A stretch of DNA of 34,628 nucleotides from Chiloscyllium plagiosum (lineage: Eukaryota). Location: contig NW_025214707.1 of the NCBI RefSeq assembly GCF_004010195.1, positions 5,317 through 39,944 on the forward strand, read 5' to 3'. The position numbers and the translations under genes were made by a program. Numbering within the stretch: the first letter of the stretch is position 1; each line of letters begins with the position of its first letter. The notes beneath the pieces are model-generated. The model was not told the DNA's origin and did not search any database. It saw only the letters and a list, made by a program, of their open reading frames with translations. Shown one piece after another: positions 1-11,906 of this stretch.

Positions 1-147
1 CCCTCCCTATCTCTATAACCTACCTGCAGCCCCTACCCTCCCTCCCTATCTCTATAACCTACCTGCAGCCCCTACGCCCCCTCCCTATCTCTATAACCTA
101 CCTGCAGCCCCTACACCCCCTCCGTATCTCTGTAACCTACCTGCAGT
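1..147. repeat. 39-bp minisatellite (about 4 copies, runs off window start)
   Basis: CCCTATCTCTATAACCTACCTGCAG recurs at 5, 44, 83 and (variant) 122. Confidence 0.95.
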
Positions 148-216
148 CCACCAGTAATTCTGTTCATGTACAGGTCTGGCACCTCATGCCATCCTCCAGT
201 CCCATTCCCTGCCCTC

Positions 217-550
217 GAATCATAGAGCTGTACAGCACGGAAACAGACCCTTCAGTCCAACTCGTCCATGCCGACCAGATATCCCAACCCAATCTAGTCC
301 TGTTTGCCAGCATTTAGCCGATATCCCTCTAAACCCTTCCTATTTACGTACCTATCCAGATGCCTTTTTATTGCTGCAATTGTACCAGCCTCCATCACTT
401 CCTCTGGATCTCATTCCATACACGTACCACCCTCTGTTTGAAAAAGTTGCCCCTTAGGTCCCTACAGCATGGAAACAGACCCTGGTCCAACTCATTCATA
501 CCAACCAAGTTCCTAAACTAAACCAACTTCACTTGTCAGCGTTTGGCCAA
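217..550 (-). mobile_element. Two CR1/HER1-type LINE 3' ends (217-462 and 463-550)
   Basis: Same sequence as the CR1 3' ends at 16339 and 33362 (TACAGCAYGGAAACAGACCCTTC...AAAAAGTTGCCCCTTAGGTC). Confidence 0.9.
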
Positions 551-663
551 TGGTTTGAATGACAGTTTTGGCTCTCTGATTCAGCTATTTCAATGTATAA
601 TGTTTACTTGCTTATGTTAAAGAGGTTTTAAGTTCTTGTGAGTTCTGAAAAAAGTTTGGAAAC

Positions 664-957
664 GGGGCGGCTCAGTGGTTAGTCCTGCTGCCTCACAGCA
701 CCATGGATCCGAGTTCGATTCCAGCCTTGGACATCTCCCCGTGTCTGCATGGGTTTCCTCCGGGTGCTCAGGTTTCCTCCCACAGTCCAAAGATGTGCAG
801 GTTAGGGTGAATTGGCCATGCTAAATTACCCATAGTGTTAGGTGCATTAGTCAGAGGGAAATGGGTCTAAGTGGGTTACTCATCGGAGGGCCGGTGTGGA
901 CTTGTTGGGCCGAAGGGCCTGTTTCCACACTGTAGGGAATCTAATCTAAAAAAAAAA
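664..957 (+). mobile_element. HE1-type tRNA-derived SINE with internal deletion
   Basis: A box GGCTCAGTGG, B box GTTCGATTCC, core GGGTTTCCTCCGGGTGCTC, CR1-like tail GGGCCGAAGGGCCTGTTTCC, AATCT repeats and A-run. Confidence 0.9.
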
Positions 958-958
958 C

Positions 959-1130
959 TATCTGTGTGGAGTTTGCACATTCTCCCTGTGAGCTTCCTCT
1001 CACAGTCCAGTGCTATGCAGATTAGGTGGATTAGCCATGGTAACTATGGGGTTGGAGGATGGAGTGGGTCTAGCTGAAATTCACTTTAGAGGGTCAGTGC
1101 AGACTTGATGGGCTGAATGGCCTTGATCTG
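959..1130 (+). mobile_element. Truncated, diverged HE1-type SINE
   Basis: TGTGTGGAGTTTGCACATTCTCCC core and GGGCTGAATGGCC tail. Confidence 0.8.
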
Positions 1131-1134
1131 TCAT

Positions 1135-2250
1135 GGAACCATATCGTCAGAGTTGTACAGCACAGAAACAGACCCATCAATTCAACTTGTCCATGCCAAC
1201 CACAAATCTGAAATTAATCTAGTCTCCCTTTACAACTATTTGGCAAATATTCCTCTAAAACCATCCTACTCATGTACCTATCAAGATGTCTTTTAAATAT
1301 TGTAATTGTACCAGCCTCCACCACTTCCTCAGGCAACTCATTCCATACACACACCACCCCCTGCATTGAAAAGTTGCCCCTTAGGTCTCTTTTAAATCTT
1401 TCCCCTCTCACTTTAAACCTATGCCCTTTAGTTTTGGACTCCCATATCCCAGGGAAAAAAGAGTATTCACCATATCCATACCCCTCATGATTTTATAAAC
1501 CTTTATAAGGTCACCCCTCAGCCTCTGACGCTCCAGGGAAAACAGCCCCAGCCTATTCAACCTCTCCCTATAGCTCAAATCTTCCAACCCTGGCAACGTC
1601 CTTGTAAATCTTTTCTGAACCCTTTCAAGTTTAACACCATTCTTCATATAGCAGGGAGTCCAGCATTGCACGCAGTATTCCGAAAGTGGTCTAACCAATG
1701 TCCTGTACGGCTGCAACATGACCTCCCAACTCCTACATTCAATGCCCTGACCAATAAAGGCAAGCATACTACCCTTCACTATCTTGTCTTACCTGCAACT
1801 CCACTTTCAAGGAACCTGCACCCCGTTGTTTGGCAATACTCCATAGGAGTTGAGAGTGTGTTGCTGGAAAAGCACAGCAGGTCAGGCAGCGTCCGAGGAG
1901 CAGGAAAATTGACGTTTCGAGCCGGAGCCCTTCATCAGCCCTGATGAAGCACTCCGGCTCGAAACGTTGATTTTCCTGCTCCTCGGATGCTGCCTGACCT
2001 GCTGTGCCTTTCCAGCAACACACTCTCAACTCTGATCTCCAGCATCTGCAGCCCTCACTGTCTCCTAGTTGAATGCTCCATTGGACCCTTCCCTTAAGTG
2101 TGTAAGTCCTGCCGTGCTATGTCTTTCCAAAATACAACACCTTGTATTTATCTAAACTAAACTCCATCTGCCACTGCTCAGTCCATGTGATCAAAGTCCA
2201 GTTATACTCTGAGATTACCTTCTTCACTGTCCACTACAGCACCACTTACT
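1135..2250 (-). mobile_element. CR1 LINE 3' portion, interrupted by a palindromic insertion
   Basis: Minus ORFs 1408-1779 and 1214-1411 encode the CR1 ORF2 C-terminus (YRTLVRP..EYCVQ.W, LERVQKRFTR, RLRGDLI, WNELP). Confidence 0.93.
1849..2071. mobile_element. Penelope-pLTR-like palindromic element with hammerhead-like cores
   Basis: 92-bp inverted arms 1847-1938 / 1941-2032; CTGATGA...GAAACGT on both strands; imperfect 14-bp TSD 1835-1848 / 2072-2085. Confidence 0.8.
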
Positions 2251-2271
2251 AATCAGGCCTCCTGCATTATT

Positions 2272-2480
2272 AAACCCTTACTTTGAGACCGTGACCCAAT
2301 GTCCTAAATTCACCAGCTGAGGGAATTGGCCACCCAGCACTTAAACCCCTGCCGTATTTTCTTGGTTTCAATAGGATCACCTCTCACTTGTCCAAACTCC
2401 AGAGAATATAGGCTCAGTCTCATCAATTGCTCCGTGTAGGAAAACCCCCTCACTGCAGGAATCAGCCTCATGCAACCTCA
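2272..2480 (-). mobile_element. Old CR1 fragment
   Basis: Reverse complement resembles the degraded LYSLEF...RGD region of CR1 ORF2. Confidence 0.65.
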
Positions 2481-2790
2481 CCTGAATGTCTCCTCACCTG
2501 TGTGATTTTCCATAGTCTGACGCCTTGAACTCTGTCACCAAATGTTATGGCTATTTGTGGCATATGACTGGAAGATGAATGCCCCTCATAGAATGCAGCA
2601 GTCACATCACTGGGGCCTGAGCCCAGTGTTCTACAGTGGATCTTCATCACAGCTCCTCATGGTGCAAGATCTGTCCAGTAGATCTGCTGCACCATCCTCT
2701 TTCCTGGCTGGGAACCACAGGGTGCCTTAGATTGAGAATGGGAGAGGAAAACCATTTGGGGATCCATTAAGAAAAGGGGGCTCTTGTCGA

Positions 2791-3010
2791 AGAATCATAG
2801 ATTCCCTACAGGCTATTCTGCCCATTGAGTCCGCACTGACTGTCCGAAGAGCATCCCACCCAGACCCACCGTCCTACCCTATCCCGGTAACCTTGCATTT
2901 CCCACGGCTAATTCACCTAACCTGCACATTTTTTTGGACTGTGGGAGGAAACCAGAGCACCCGGAGGAAACCCACACAGACACGGGGAGAATGTGCAAAC
3001 TCCCCACACA
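2791..3010 (-). mobile_element. 5'-truncated HE1-type SINE
   Basis: GGACTGTGGGAGGAAACCAGAGCACCCGGAGGAAACCCACACAGACACGGGGAGAATGTGCAAACT is the reverse of the HE1 core. Confidence 0.9.
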
Positions 3011-3479
3011 ATCCCGAGTTGCTTGCGCAATCGCAACTCAGCACAAGTGACACTGGGATAATAGACATTGTCACATAGACACAGATAAAGCCCTCAGAGC
3101 ATTAGCTCCTTCAAAATCCAAAGCTGTCTCCCGGCCTGACACCATCACATTGAACCACACTCCTCAGCGTTAATCCTTTCCAACCAGTACACCCTTATCC
3201 TACAGCCTGGAAGTGCTACAGAGCTGATTTCTGGGGAATGAAGTCACAAGGAGACAAAGTCACAAGTCACAAAGCAGGGGAGTGACTTTTCATTGGGGTT
3301 CTCAATGAGAGTTCCCACCCTCCCTTTGGCAGAAAGAGTCCTGGAAACCCATTACAAAGACATTAACTACGTTTGTACTATTGCTGTGCAGATTGGGAGA
3401 CCTTCCCCCCCCGTAGAAAATTTACTCCTCTCTCCCTCTCCACCCATGAAAGGAATTGAAAATGGCAGATAGGAGGAGA

Positions 3480-5107
3480 TCACAAAAGAGGTAAGTACAG
3501 AGATAGTGCATGTATTCATTATAATTTTCCAAAAATTCTTGGATTCCGGAGAAGGATGTGGGCACAATTAAAATATTTAAAAGACATTTGGGCAAGTTAT
3601 AAATAGGAATGGTTTGGAGGGATTCGAGCCAGGAGCAGGACTAGTTTAATTTGGGATTATCGTCAGCAAGGACTGGTTAGACCAAAGGGTCTGTTTCCAT
3701 GCTGTCTGACTCTATGACACAACTAATAGATGATTGGAAAACTGCTAATCTGACACCTCTATTCAAAAAGGGAGGGAGGCAAACAGTGGTTTACTATAGG
3801 CCGATTAGCCCAGCATCTATTGTTGGAAAAGTATCGGAATCAATTATTGGAAATACTGGCAGAATATTTGGAAACTCACAATCTCATCAAGGAGTCAGCA
3901 TAGCTCCATGAAAGGGAAATCGTGTCTGGCTAATTTATTAGCTTTTCTAAACTTAACCAGTGTGGATAGAGGGGAGCCAGTAGATGTCTTGTATTTGGAT
4001 TTTCAGAAGATGTTCGACAAGGTACCTCTCAAAAAGTTAGGTCATAAGTGCTCATGGTGTTGGAGGTAGTATATCGGTCGGGATAGAGAATTGGCTCATG
4101 GGTAGGAAACATCGAGGGGTTCTTTTTCAGGTTGGTAACCCGTGACCCGGGGTTCCACAGGGATTAGTGCAAGGACTGCAACTGCTTACCATGTTTATTA
4201 ATGACTTGGAGGAAGGAAGTGACTGTACTGCAGCGAAATTTGCAAACGACTCAAATATAGGTGGAAAGGTAAGTTGCAAGAGGGATACAGTTTACAGAGA
4301 GACATTGATTGGTTAAGCAAAACATTAGCAAAAAGTTGGCAAATGGAGTTTGATGTGGTGAAATGCTAAGTTGTTCATTTTGGAAAAGAGAACAAAAGAA
4401 CAGAGTATTATTTAAATGGAGAAAAACTGCAACATAAAGAAATGTGAGGGGACCTGTGCCTGAAACACAGAAAGCTAGCACACAGGGGCAGCAGGGAATC
4501 AGGAAGGCTCAGGGAATGTTGGCCCTTATTCCAAGGGAGTTGGAGTGTAAGAGTAGGGAAGTCTTACTATAACTGTACAAGGTGCTGGTGAGACCACGTC
4601 TGGAACACTGTGAGCAGCTCTGGTCCCTTATTTAAGGAAATATATCATTTCATTGGAGACAGTTCAGAGAAGGTTCACTAGGATGATCCCTGGTGTGGAG
4701 AAAAGGTTAAACAGGCTGGGACTCTACTCACTGGAGTTGAGAAGGATGAGAGCTGATCTCAGTGTAACATGTTGGATTTCTCAGGGGCTTGACAGGGTAA
4801 ATGCTGAGAGGAGGTTTCCCCTCCTGGGAGAGTCTCGGATACGAGGGACATATTGAAGGGGCGCCAATTGAGTTTGAGATGAGGAGGAATTTCTTCTCTC
4901 AGAAGTTTGAGAGTCCTTGGAGCCACAGAGAGCTGTGGGGGCAGAGACCTTATGTATATTTAAGGCTGGGATAGAGAGGTTCTTGATCAGTCGGGGAATC
5001 AAGGGTTATGGGGAAAGGAAAGTGGACATGAGGAAAGGTGATCCTACTGAATGGTGGAGCAGGTTCAAAGGGCTGAATGGCCTCCTCCAATTCCTATTTC
5101 TTATGGC
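3480..5107 (+). mobile_element. Decayed CR1 LINE (RT to 3' end) with a nested CR1 3' end at ~3573-3718
   Basis: DWKTANLTPLFKKG..YRPIS, YLDFQKMFDKV, KFAND, VQRRFTRMIPG..LGLYSLE motifs with many stops and frameshifts. Confidence 0.9.
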
Positions 5108-5214
5108 CTTATGGACTGGTTGATCTGTGGTCCTGCCCTGTGAAGTTATCGTGCAGCTGAGCTCTCCCCAACTTCCACTCCGCTCTAAACAAGCAACACC
5201 TCTGAACCTGATTT

Positions 5215-5382
5215 GGTCATTATCCCATTGCTCTGTGTAGGGGGGGGAATCTTGCTGTGCTCAAATGAGCTGCTGTGTCCCCCGCACCACAACACAGCAG
5301 GGAAGTTCCTCCTCAGCAGTTAAACACCTTGGGACATGCTAAAGTTGTGAAGAGCCCCGTTTAAAATGTAAATCTTTCTTCC
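5215..5382 (+). mobile_element. DeuSINE/SacSINE1-like SINE 3' fragment
   Basis: GGTCATTATCCCATTGCT..ATCTTGCTGTGC..TTGGGACATGCT..GTTGTGAA..AAATGTAAATCTTTCTT; mirrors minus copies at 5963 and 6885. Confidence 0.6.
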
Positions 5383-5962
5383 TTCTCAGCCTTGACTGAA
5401 TCTGTCCCTGATTTGACCCCCATGCTTCTCCAATGAAGAGACAGAGAGACAATTCTGTCCCTTTGGAAAGTGTTCATCTTACAAACAGACACACCAGTGT
5501 GTCACTGGGGGCAACACCTCCTCTGCTCGGATTCGTTTTTGGAAGCTGTGTATTTGCTTTTCAGAGAATCAGTACCAACTCATCTTTCTGTGGCTGGAAG
5601 AGTTTAAGTGACATATGATCCTGCTGTGGGGCTGCTGGCATCTCACAACAGAAGCATGAGTCAAGAATTCCTGCAGTTTTCCAAAGATTACACAGACCCT
5701 GCAGAGTGATGGAGTGCATATGTTCGGCAAGGATACCTGAGCCATTAATTACGAGGCAGCTCATTATTTACACATTGCAGCACCCCTCGCTGCGATTTGG
5801 ACAAAGTGTACCCTGGCAGGAAATCAGACAAACCACATGAATGTGCACTGGGAGAAGCCACAGAACATTCAAAAAAATAAAAATCCTTCGGCAGTGAGGA
5901 AAGAAAAAGAACATATTGATGAAGAAAGTCTGGAACAGAGAGGGGGAAAATGATCCAATTTG

Positions 5963-6272
5963 CAAGACTTGCATTTATGTAGTGCCATTCACAACCTCAG
6001 GATGTTCCAAAGCACTTCGCGGCCAATGAACGTGTCGCCTCAGTTAGGGGACAAAGCCATCAATTTGCTAGCTCCCACAAGCAAAAGTGTGATAATGGCT
6101 AGAGATTGTGTTTTGATATTGTTGGTTGTGGGATAAATATTGGTCAGGGCACTGGGTGGGGGGGCGGACATTTGGGAGCTCCCCTGCTCTTGTTTTTAAA
6201 ATGGGTCAGGAGTGGTTTCGTTCCATCTGCAGGAGAGGAAAGACAAGGTCTTATAATGTTTCATTTGAAAGA
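5963..6272 (-). mobile_element. DeuSINE/SacSINE1-like SINE fragment
   Basis: AGACTTGCATTTATGTAGTGCC..CACAACCTCAGGATGTTCCAAAGCACTT (reverse of tail) and GGGATAAATATTGGTCAGG. Confidence 0.65.
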
Positions 6273-6612
6273 TATAGGAGATATGAGCAGGAGTAGGCCA
6301 TTCAGCCCCTCAAGCCTGCTTCTCCATCCAACTAACTCACGGACAGATCTACTTGAACTCCATTTTCCCACAGTATCCCCAGTTTCACATCCTTAATGTG
6401 TAGAAATCTATTGACCTCTGTCTTGAACACACTCAATGACTCAGCTTGAACAATATTCTGGATTATAGAACTCCAAACATTCACCACCCCCCTCTCTCTT
6501 TGACTGAAGAATTTCTCCTCATCTCAGTCCAAAATTGCCGACCACTTATTCCAAGACTGGTGTATCGTCTGGTTCTAGACCCTTCCGGCAGGGGGAATAT
6601 CCTTCCCACATC
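6272..6612 (-). mobile_element. CR1 3' end (older subfamily)
   Basis: GCAGGAGTAGGCCATTCAGCCC tail; GAAGAATTTCTCCTCATCTCAGTCC is the reverse of the RTEMRRN region. Confidence 0.8.
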
Positions 6613-6614
6613 AA

Positions 6615-6866
6615 GGGTGGCACACTGATACCTCACAGCGCCAGGGACCTGGGTTCAATTCCACCCTTGGGTGACTGGCTGCGTGGAGTTTGCACGTTTT
6701 CCCCATGTCTTTGTGGATTTCTTCCCACAGTCCAACGATGTGCAGGCTAGGTGGATTAGCCAATGGAAAATGCACTGTTATTGGGTAGGGGGTTGGGTCT
6801 GGGTTGGATGCTTTTCAGAGGGTCAATGGGATGAATGGCCTGCTTCCACACTGTAGAGATTCTATG
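6615..6866 (+). mobile_element. HE1-type SINE
   Basis: CCTCACAGCGCCAGGGACCTGGGTTCAATTCC head, HE1 core, tail ACACTGTAGAGATTCTATGA. Confidence 0.88.
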
Positions 6867-6884
6867 ATCCTGTGGAGTCCTGTG

Positions 6885-7155
6885 CATCCCAGCAGCAAGA
6901 TCCCACAAACAGCAATATACTGATGGTCAGATAATCTGTCTTTGGTGATGTTGGCCAAGGGATAAATATTAGGTAAAACAGTGCTGTGGGAACTTACACA
7001 ACTGCCTTATCCAAGAGATGGCACTTCCAATTGGCACAGTGCTCCCTCAGTACTGCCCCTCAAGCATGAGCCCAGATTTTGTGCTCAAGTCTTTTGTTCG
7101 AGACCCAGAAACCCATAGCCTTCTGTTCCCGAGTGCTACAAACTGAGCCACCATT
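6885..7155 (-). mobile_element. DeuSINE/SacSINE1-like SINE, 5' part
   Basis: AGCAAGATCCCACAAACAGCAAT..GGGATAAATATT..GTGCTCCCTCAGTACTGC..ACTGAGCCA (reverse A box TGGCTCAGT). Confidence 0.65.
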
Positions 7156-8539
7156 GACACCTCAACTGATTACCATTGATAACGAATGGTTCTATGTCTT
7201 AGCTGCCATCTCTGCTGCTACTTTGACTGTAATCATTGATGGCCTACCTTCTCTATTGAGTAAAGGAACTCACTATCTTCTCTCTCATTCTTTCTCACCG
7301 TCAGATGTTACCTATCTAGTTTGAAAGGTTGGTGCCATCACTTTGAGACTCTCTTATCTTGGTCAAAGCCATGTGGGGGGCATTGAATAACTTGGGAACT
7401 TGAGAAAGTGATGAAGTACCTGACCCTAAGACAAGACAAGCAAGGGCCTGTGCCAGGCCCAAGTTCTGTTCTGAACTGGCTGATTTCAGTTAAGATGGTG
7501 GCAGATGAAGAACAATTGGCCCCAGTATCCTTCGTCAAGGATGTGAAGACTTGCCCCAGATTTCAGCTTTGTTCTACCAGACATGGGAGGCATCACCGGG
7601 TTCAACTTGCAGTTTCTGGCAAAGTAGAGGGGCAGCAAAGTTGGAGGTCAGAAGACTCTGCACTCGGCAACGCCACTGTGGAAGTTGTGGCTGCTGCTGG
7701 AACAGCGAGCGTAGAGTCCAGGCACCTAGGAGCAAGGAAGTGTGAGGACAGATGGAAGGGGACAGACATAGAGGGGACATGAGTCAGGGTTTGGGGAGCA
7801 GGAATGGCTAGAATCAGGTGAGAGGACATGTCTCCCAGAAGGCAACAGCCTGGTCCCTTGTCCAGTCCCTTTCCACTTCAAATTTAATTCTGGCAGAGAC
7901 AGGATGGTGCTGGGATTGGGTACAGTGCCAGCTGCCTGGCTAAATACCCATCCCATCTCCAAGCTCACTCGATTCTGCCCCATGTCTTGACATCTTTGGC
8001 AGTGCTCTCTGATATTTTACCCTGAGGACACCCAAATAATCAGAAGTGCAACAATTGACTTTTAATCAAATCAAATTTTTTTTTTGGTTTGCAGCTTGTT
8101 TCAATTTGACATTGTTTCTGCTGATTGGGTTTTGGAGGCTTTGCAAAAGAAGCAGTTTCACGATAAGTTATGAATAGCCTGAAGAAAGAATGGAGGCTCT
8201 TTTTTATTGAAGGGGAGAGGACAACTGGCTGTGTTTATACGATCATAATGACATAACTCTTGCAGTGCTAGGAATGGCCAAGTTTGTGTCGAAGTTAGCC
8301 CTCTGTCCAAGTGGCCAAAGGGATGCTGCTTCACTCATTTTCGCCAAATACCATTACAATCCCTTTGAGGAATTAATTCTGGGCTAACTCATGATTACAT
8401 TCTGATCTGCTAGTGATATGTTTTGTTGGTTTGGTGAGGGAGGGAGTGCCTCACTGTTGGAAGTACAGTCTTTCAGATGAGATCCTCACAGGTCCAGTAT
8501 TTCAGACAAGGGCAAGGGAATTCTCCCTTGAGAGAACCT

Positions 8540-9258
8540 CAGCAACATTCATCAGAATATTGGAGCTGGTCATTGACTTCAGGAAGCACACCCCTGTCTG
8601 TGTCGATGGAGGTGGTTGACAGCATCAGGTTCTTGGGAGTGACGGTCACCAACAATCTGTCCTGCTCCACCCACATTGATGCAAGGGTCAAGAAAGCCCA
8701 CCAACGTCTCTACCTCCTCAGGAGGCTAAGGAAATTCGGCATGTCCACAAGGACTCTTAACAATTTTTACAGATGCACTGTAGAAGTCATCCTATCTGGA
8801 TACATCACGGCTTGGTACAGCAACTGCTCGGCCCAGGACTGTAACAAACTACAGGGAATTGTGAACACAGCCCAGTCCCTCACACAACCCAACCTTCCAT
8901 CCATTAATTCCGTCTATATTTCCCACTGCCTCGGGAAGGCAGCCAACATCATCAAAGACCCCTCCCATCCCGGGTTAACCCTCTTCCACCCTCTTCCATC
9001 GGGCAGAAGGTACAAAAGCGGAAAGACACGTACCAACAGATTCAAGAACAGCTTCTTCCTCACTGTTGAATGGACCTCTCAAATGTTAAATTTAATATTG
9101 ATTCCACTGTTTGTACACCTTCTCTATAGCTGTAACCTTGTATTACATACACTGTTCCTTCACCCTGATACATTTTGTATGGTATGATCTACCTGTACTG
9201 CATGCAAAACAAAACTTTTCACAGTATCTAGATACATGTAACTAAATAAAACAAAATC
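8540..9258 (+). mobile_element. Rex1/Babar-clade LINE, 5'-truncated 3' fragment
   Basis: ELVIDFRK, then FLGVTVTNNLS..HIDARVKKAHQRLYLLRRLRKFG..FYRCTVE..ITAWY..IIKDPSHP..LPSGRRY..RTNRFKNSFF; 3' UTR ending AAATAAAACAAAATC. Confidence 0.88.
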
Positions 9259-9261
9259 AGG

Positions 9262-9595
9262 ACTTCTCTGCTTTATACTCTATAACCTTATTGGTAAAAC
9301 CCAGTATCTTCATACTTGAGTAACTTCTCTCTCAAGCTGTCAAGTCTCCTTCACCCTCCCTGATGCCTCTGCTTCTCCATCCCCTTTGGAATTATACCCA
9401 TGATTTAGTACTGTCTCTCCAAACTCTTCCTACCAAAATCAATCTCCTCACACTTCTGTGCACATTTTGAAATTGTGCCCAGCACACTAAGTCTCCAAAA
9501 TACATTGAATAATAGCTGTAGTCCTAACATCAACCCTTGGCTAACCCCAATGTTTACCGTCCTCCAGTGTGACAAACAACCATGCACCACCATTC
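9262..9595 (-). mobile_element. Ancient CR1 RT fragment
   Basis: Minus ORF VVHGCLSHWRTVNIGVSQGLMLG..GTISKCA resembles the CR1 GVPQGSVLG/ISKFADD region. Confidence 0.7.
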
Positions 9596-10144
9596 TCGGT
9601 CACTCAGTCACATTTGTATCCATTTTGTCACTGCCTCCTTTATTCAGTGAGCTCCATGGCATTAGAAAAGTGACAAGCCTCTCAAAAGTGACCATTACCT
9701 ATCTTAGGGGTGACCTGGGGTTGTGAGAGGCATTATTTAAATGCACATTCTTTTGCTGTCTTGATGCACGCCAATTGAAGTTGCACCTGTACCCGGGTTA
9801 ATGAGCCTGCCCTAAAAGGTAACAGAAAGGCACTTGGGGGGAGTTGGCAGAGGTGCAGCATCAAGAAATCCAAAAACATGTTGCAAGAAGCTGGTCGGTT
9901 GTGCCAGTCCACACAGTGGCATGGGTGCATCAGCAAGGCACGCTTCTCCGGGCAGGTTTGTAGAGATGGCAGAGGAGGGTAAGCAGACAGTGGCATTGGT
10001 GAGATCATTGGTATAGAGCAACTAGAATCTGCCACCTGTCCACCATAGTCAATGGAGCCACCTCATCCTCACCAGGAAACACCATGCGCTGAAGATCTTA
10101 GCATGGAGAACATGGAGAATTGTTACTAACTTGCTGACTTCATC

Positions 10145-10830
10145 TACATGGTCACGTTGGAGAGGCTAGGATTGATCGCCTTAAAGCAGAAAAGGCTAAG
10201 GGAGAGTTTTGTAGAGGAGCTACTGCGGTGAGTAACTCCCCTCCTGACTCCCCAAAGTCTGTCCCACCATCAACAAGGCACAAGTCAGGAGGGTGATGGA
10301 ATACTCCCCACTTGCCCCTGGATGGGGGCAGCTCCAACACTCAAGAAGCTCGACACCATCCAGGACAAAGCAGCCCCCTTGATTGGCACCACATCCACAA
10401 GCATCCACTCCCTCCCCCACTGACGCTCAGTAGCAGCAGTGTGTACCATCTACAAGATGCACTGCAGGAATTCACCAAAGATCCTCAGACAGCACCTTCC
10501 AAACCCACGACCACTTCCATCTAGAAGGTCAGGGGCAGCAGATAAATGGGAACACAACCCCCTGCAAGTTCCCCTCCGAGCCCCACACCACCCTGACTTG
10601 GAAATATATCGCCGTTCCTTCACCATCACTGGATCAGATCATGGAATTCTGTGTTGGTGGCTTTAGGATATAAATTGAAAATACTCAGCAGAGGTGAGGT
10701 GAAAAAAAAATTCCTTTTCCTGTCACAGTGAGATGTTGTGATTTGGAACTCATTACCTGAAAGATTTGGGGGAGCTAAATCAATAATAACTTTCAAAAGG
10801 GAACTTCATTGATAGCGAAAAAGGAAAATA
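10145..10830 (+). mobile_element. Ancient CR1 3' remnant split by the LINE at 10218-10650
   Basis: LERLGLIALKQKRLR at ~10149-10200 and ATTTGGAACTCATTACCTGAAAG (WNSLP) at ~10741. Confidence 0.55.
10218..10650 (+). mobile_element. CR1-group (L2/Crack-like) LINE 3' fragment
   Basis: KAQVRRVMEYSP, KKLDTIQDKA, VCTIYKMHCRNSPKILRQHLP; highly similar inverted copy at 19960-20850. Confidence 0.8.
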
Positions 10831-11727
10831 AGATTGCAGGATAATGCAGTTAGAATGGGAGAGTGGCGGTGGGGGGTGTGGGGGGAGTGAGACAGATTAG
10901 ATAGTTCTTTGCTCTTTCAAGGAGCTGTCACAGGAATAATGGGCTGAATGTTTTCCCTGTAATTCTTGACCACCATCTCGGAGGCAGCATCGTCACGGTT
11001 GTAATAATGAGTGAAAACAATGTTGCCACCCAACATTTGGCATTGAGATAGCTGATCAGCCATGATTGTATCAAACAGCAGAGTGGGCTCAAGGGGCTGA
11101 ATGGTCTACTCCTGCTCTTATTTCTGTAAAGAATGTGACTTTTTACTTCTGTGCTTTGTAAAACTGTGGACTGAAATGGGAAAGAACTGTTTTGAAAACC
11201 AGGGATCTCCAAGGATGGCTGAATGTTTAGACAATAAGGAACGTGATGCCTAGTGTGGACTCTATTTGTGAAGCAGCGATGTGCAGATGAACTGGAGACA
11301 CAGGGTTGTTTCGAAGTGAGGCTGGTCTCTAATCAACAAACCAATGGCAAAGCTCTTCTGTCTCCCAAAGACTATGCAATTGGTTCTCAGGTTAATACAC
11401 GTCTTGGCTGTGAACAAGACAGGGAGAAGCTTTGACCAGGAGAGAAACCAGCCAGTTTGCAGAACCCCAAAAACACCCTTTCAGTTCTCTGCAGTAAGAC
11501 ACCTCAAACCTGAGAAAGCCATTTTAGCTTTCCTTCGGCAAATGCTGTGAGAAACAGAATCCCCAGACGTTATTTATGTTGGACTCAAAAAAAAAATTGT
11601 TTAATGTCATTAAAGAGATCGAAACCTGTTTGACTGCAATATTTTCCACTGCTATCTGAGAGTTTAGATTCTAAATTGTAACAAGTGAAGAAACACTGTC
11701 TACATCTTTGACAGTGATAGTCAGACT

Positions 11728-11906
11728 GTATTTATTTGATTTATTTATTGTCACTTGTTACATGTATTTGTTACAAATACAGTGAGAAGTGTTGAATAGC
11801 GTCACTAGTCTCTGACGCCCACTTAAAATGCAGAAAATAAACCAAGACATAGAATATAAAGGTAGAGAATAAGAAAATAACTTTACAATCCTTTTTTGTT
11901 AAGTCC
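11728..11906 (-). mobile_element. 3' end of a retroelement with a Rex1-like tail, cut by the gap
   Basis: Reverse reads CTTCTCACTGTATTTG..AATACATGTAAC..GACAATAAATAAATCAAAT, similar to the tail at 9216-9258. Confidence 0.55.

Noticed and set aside
7340..7900. 124-aa ORF 7408-7782 or possible ancient LINE
   Set aside because: No motif I can recognise with confidence
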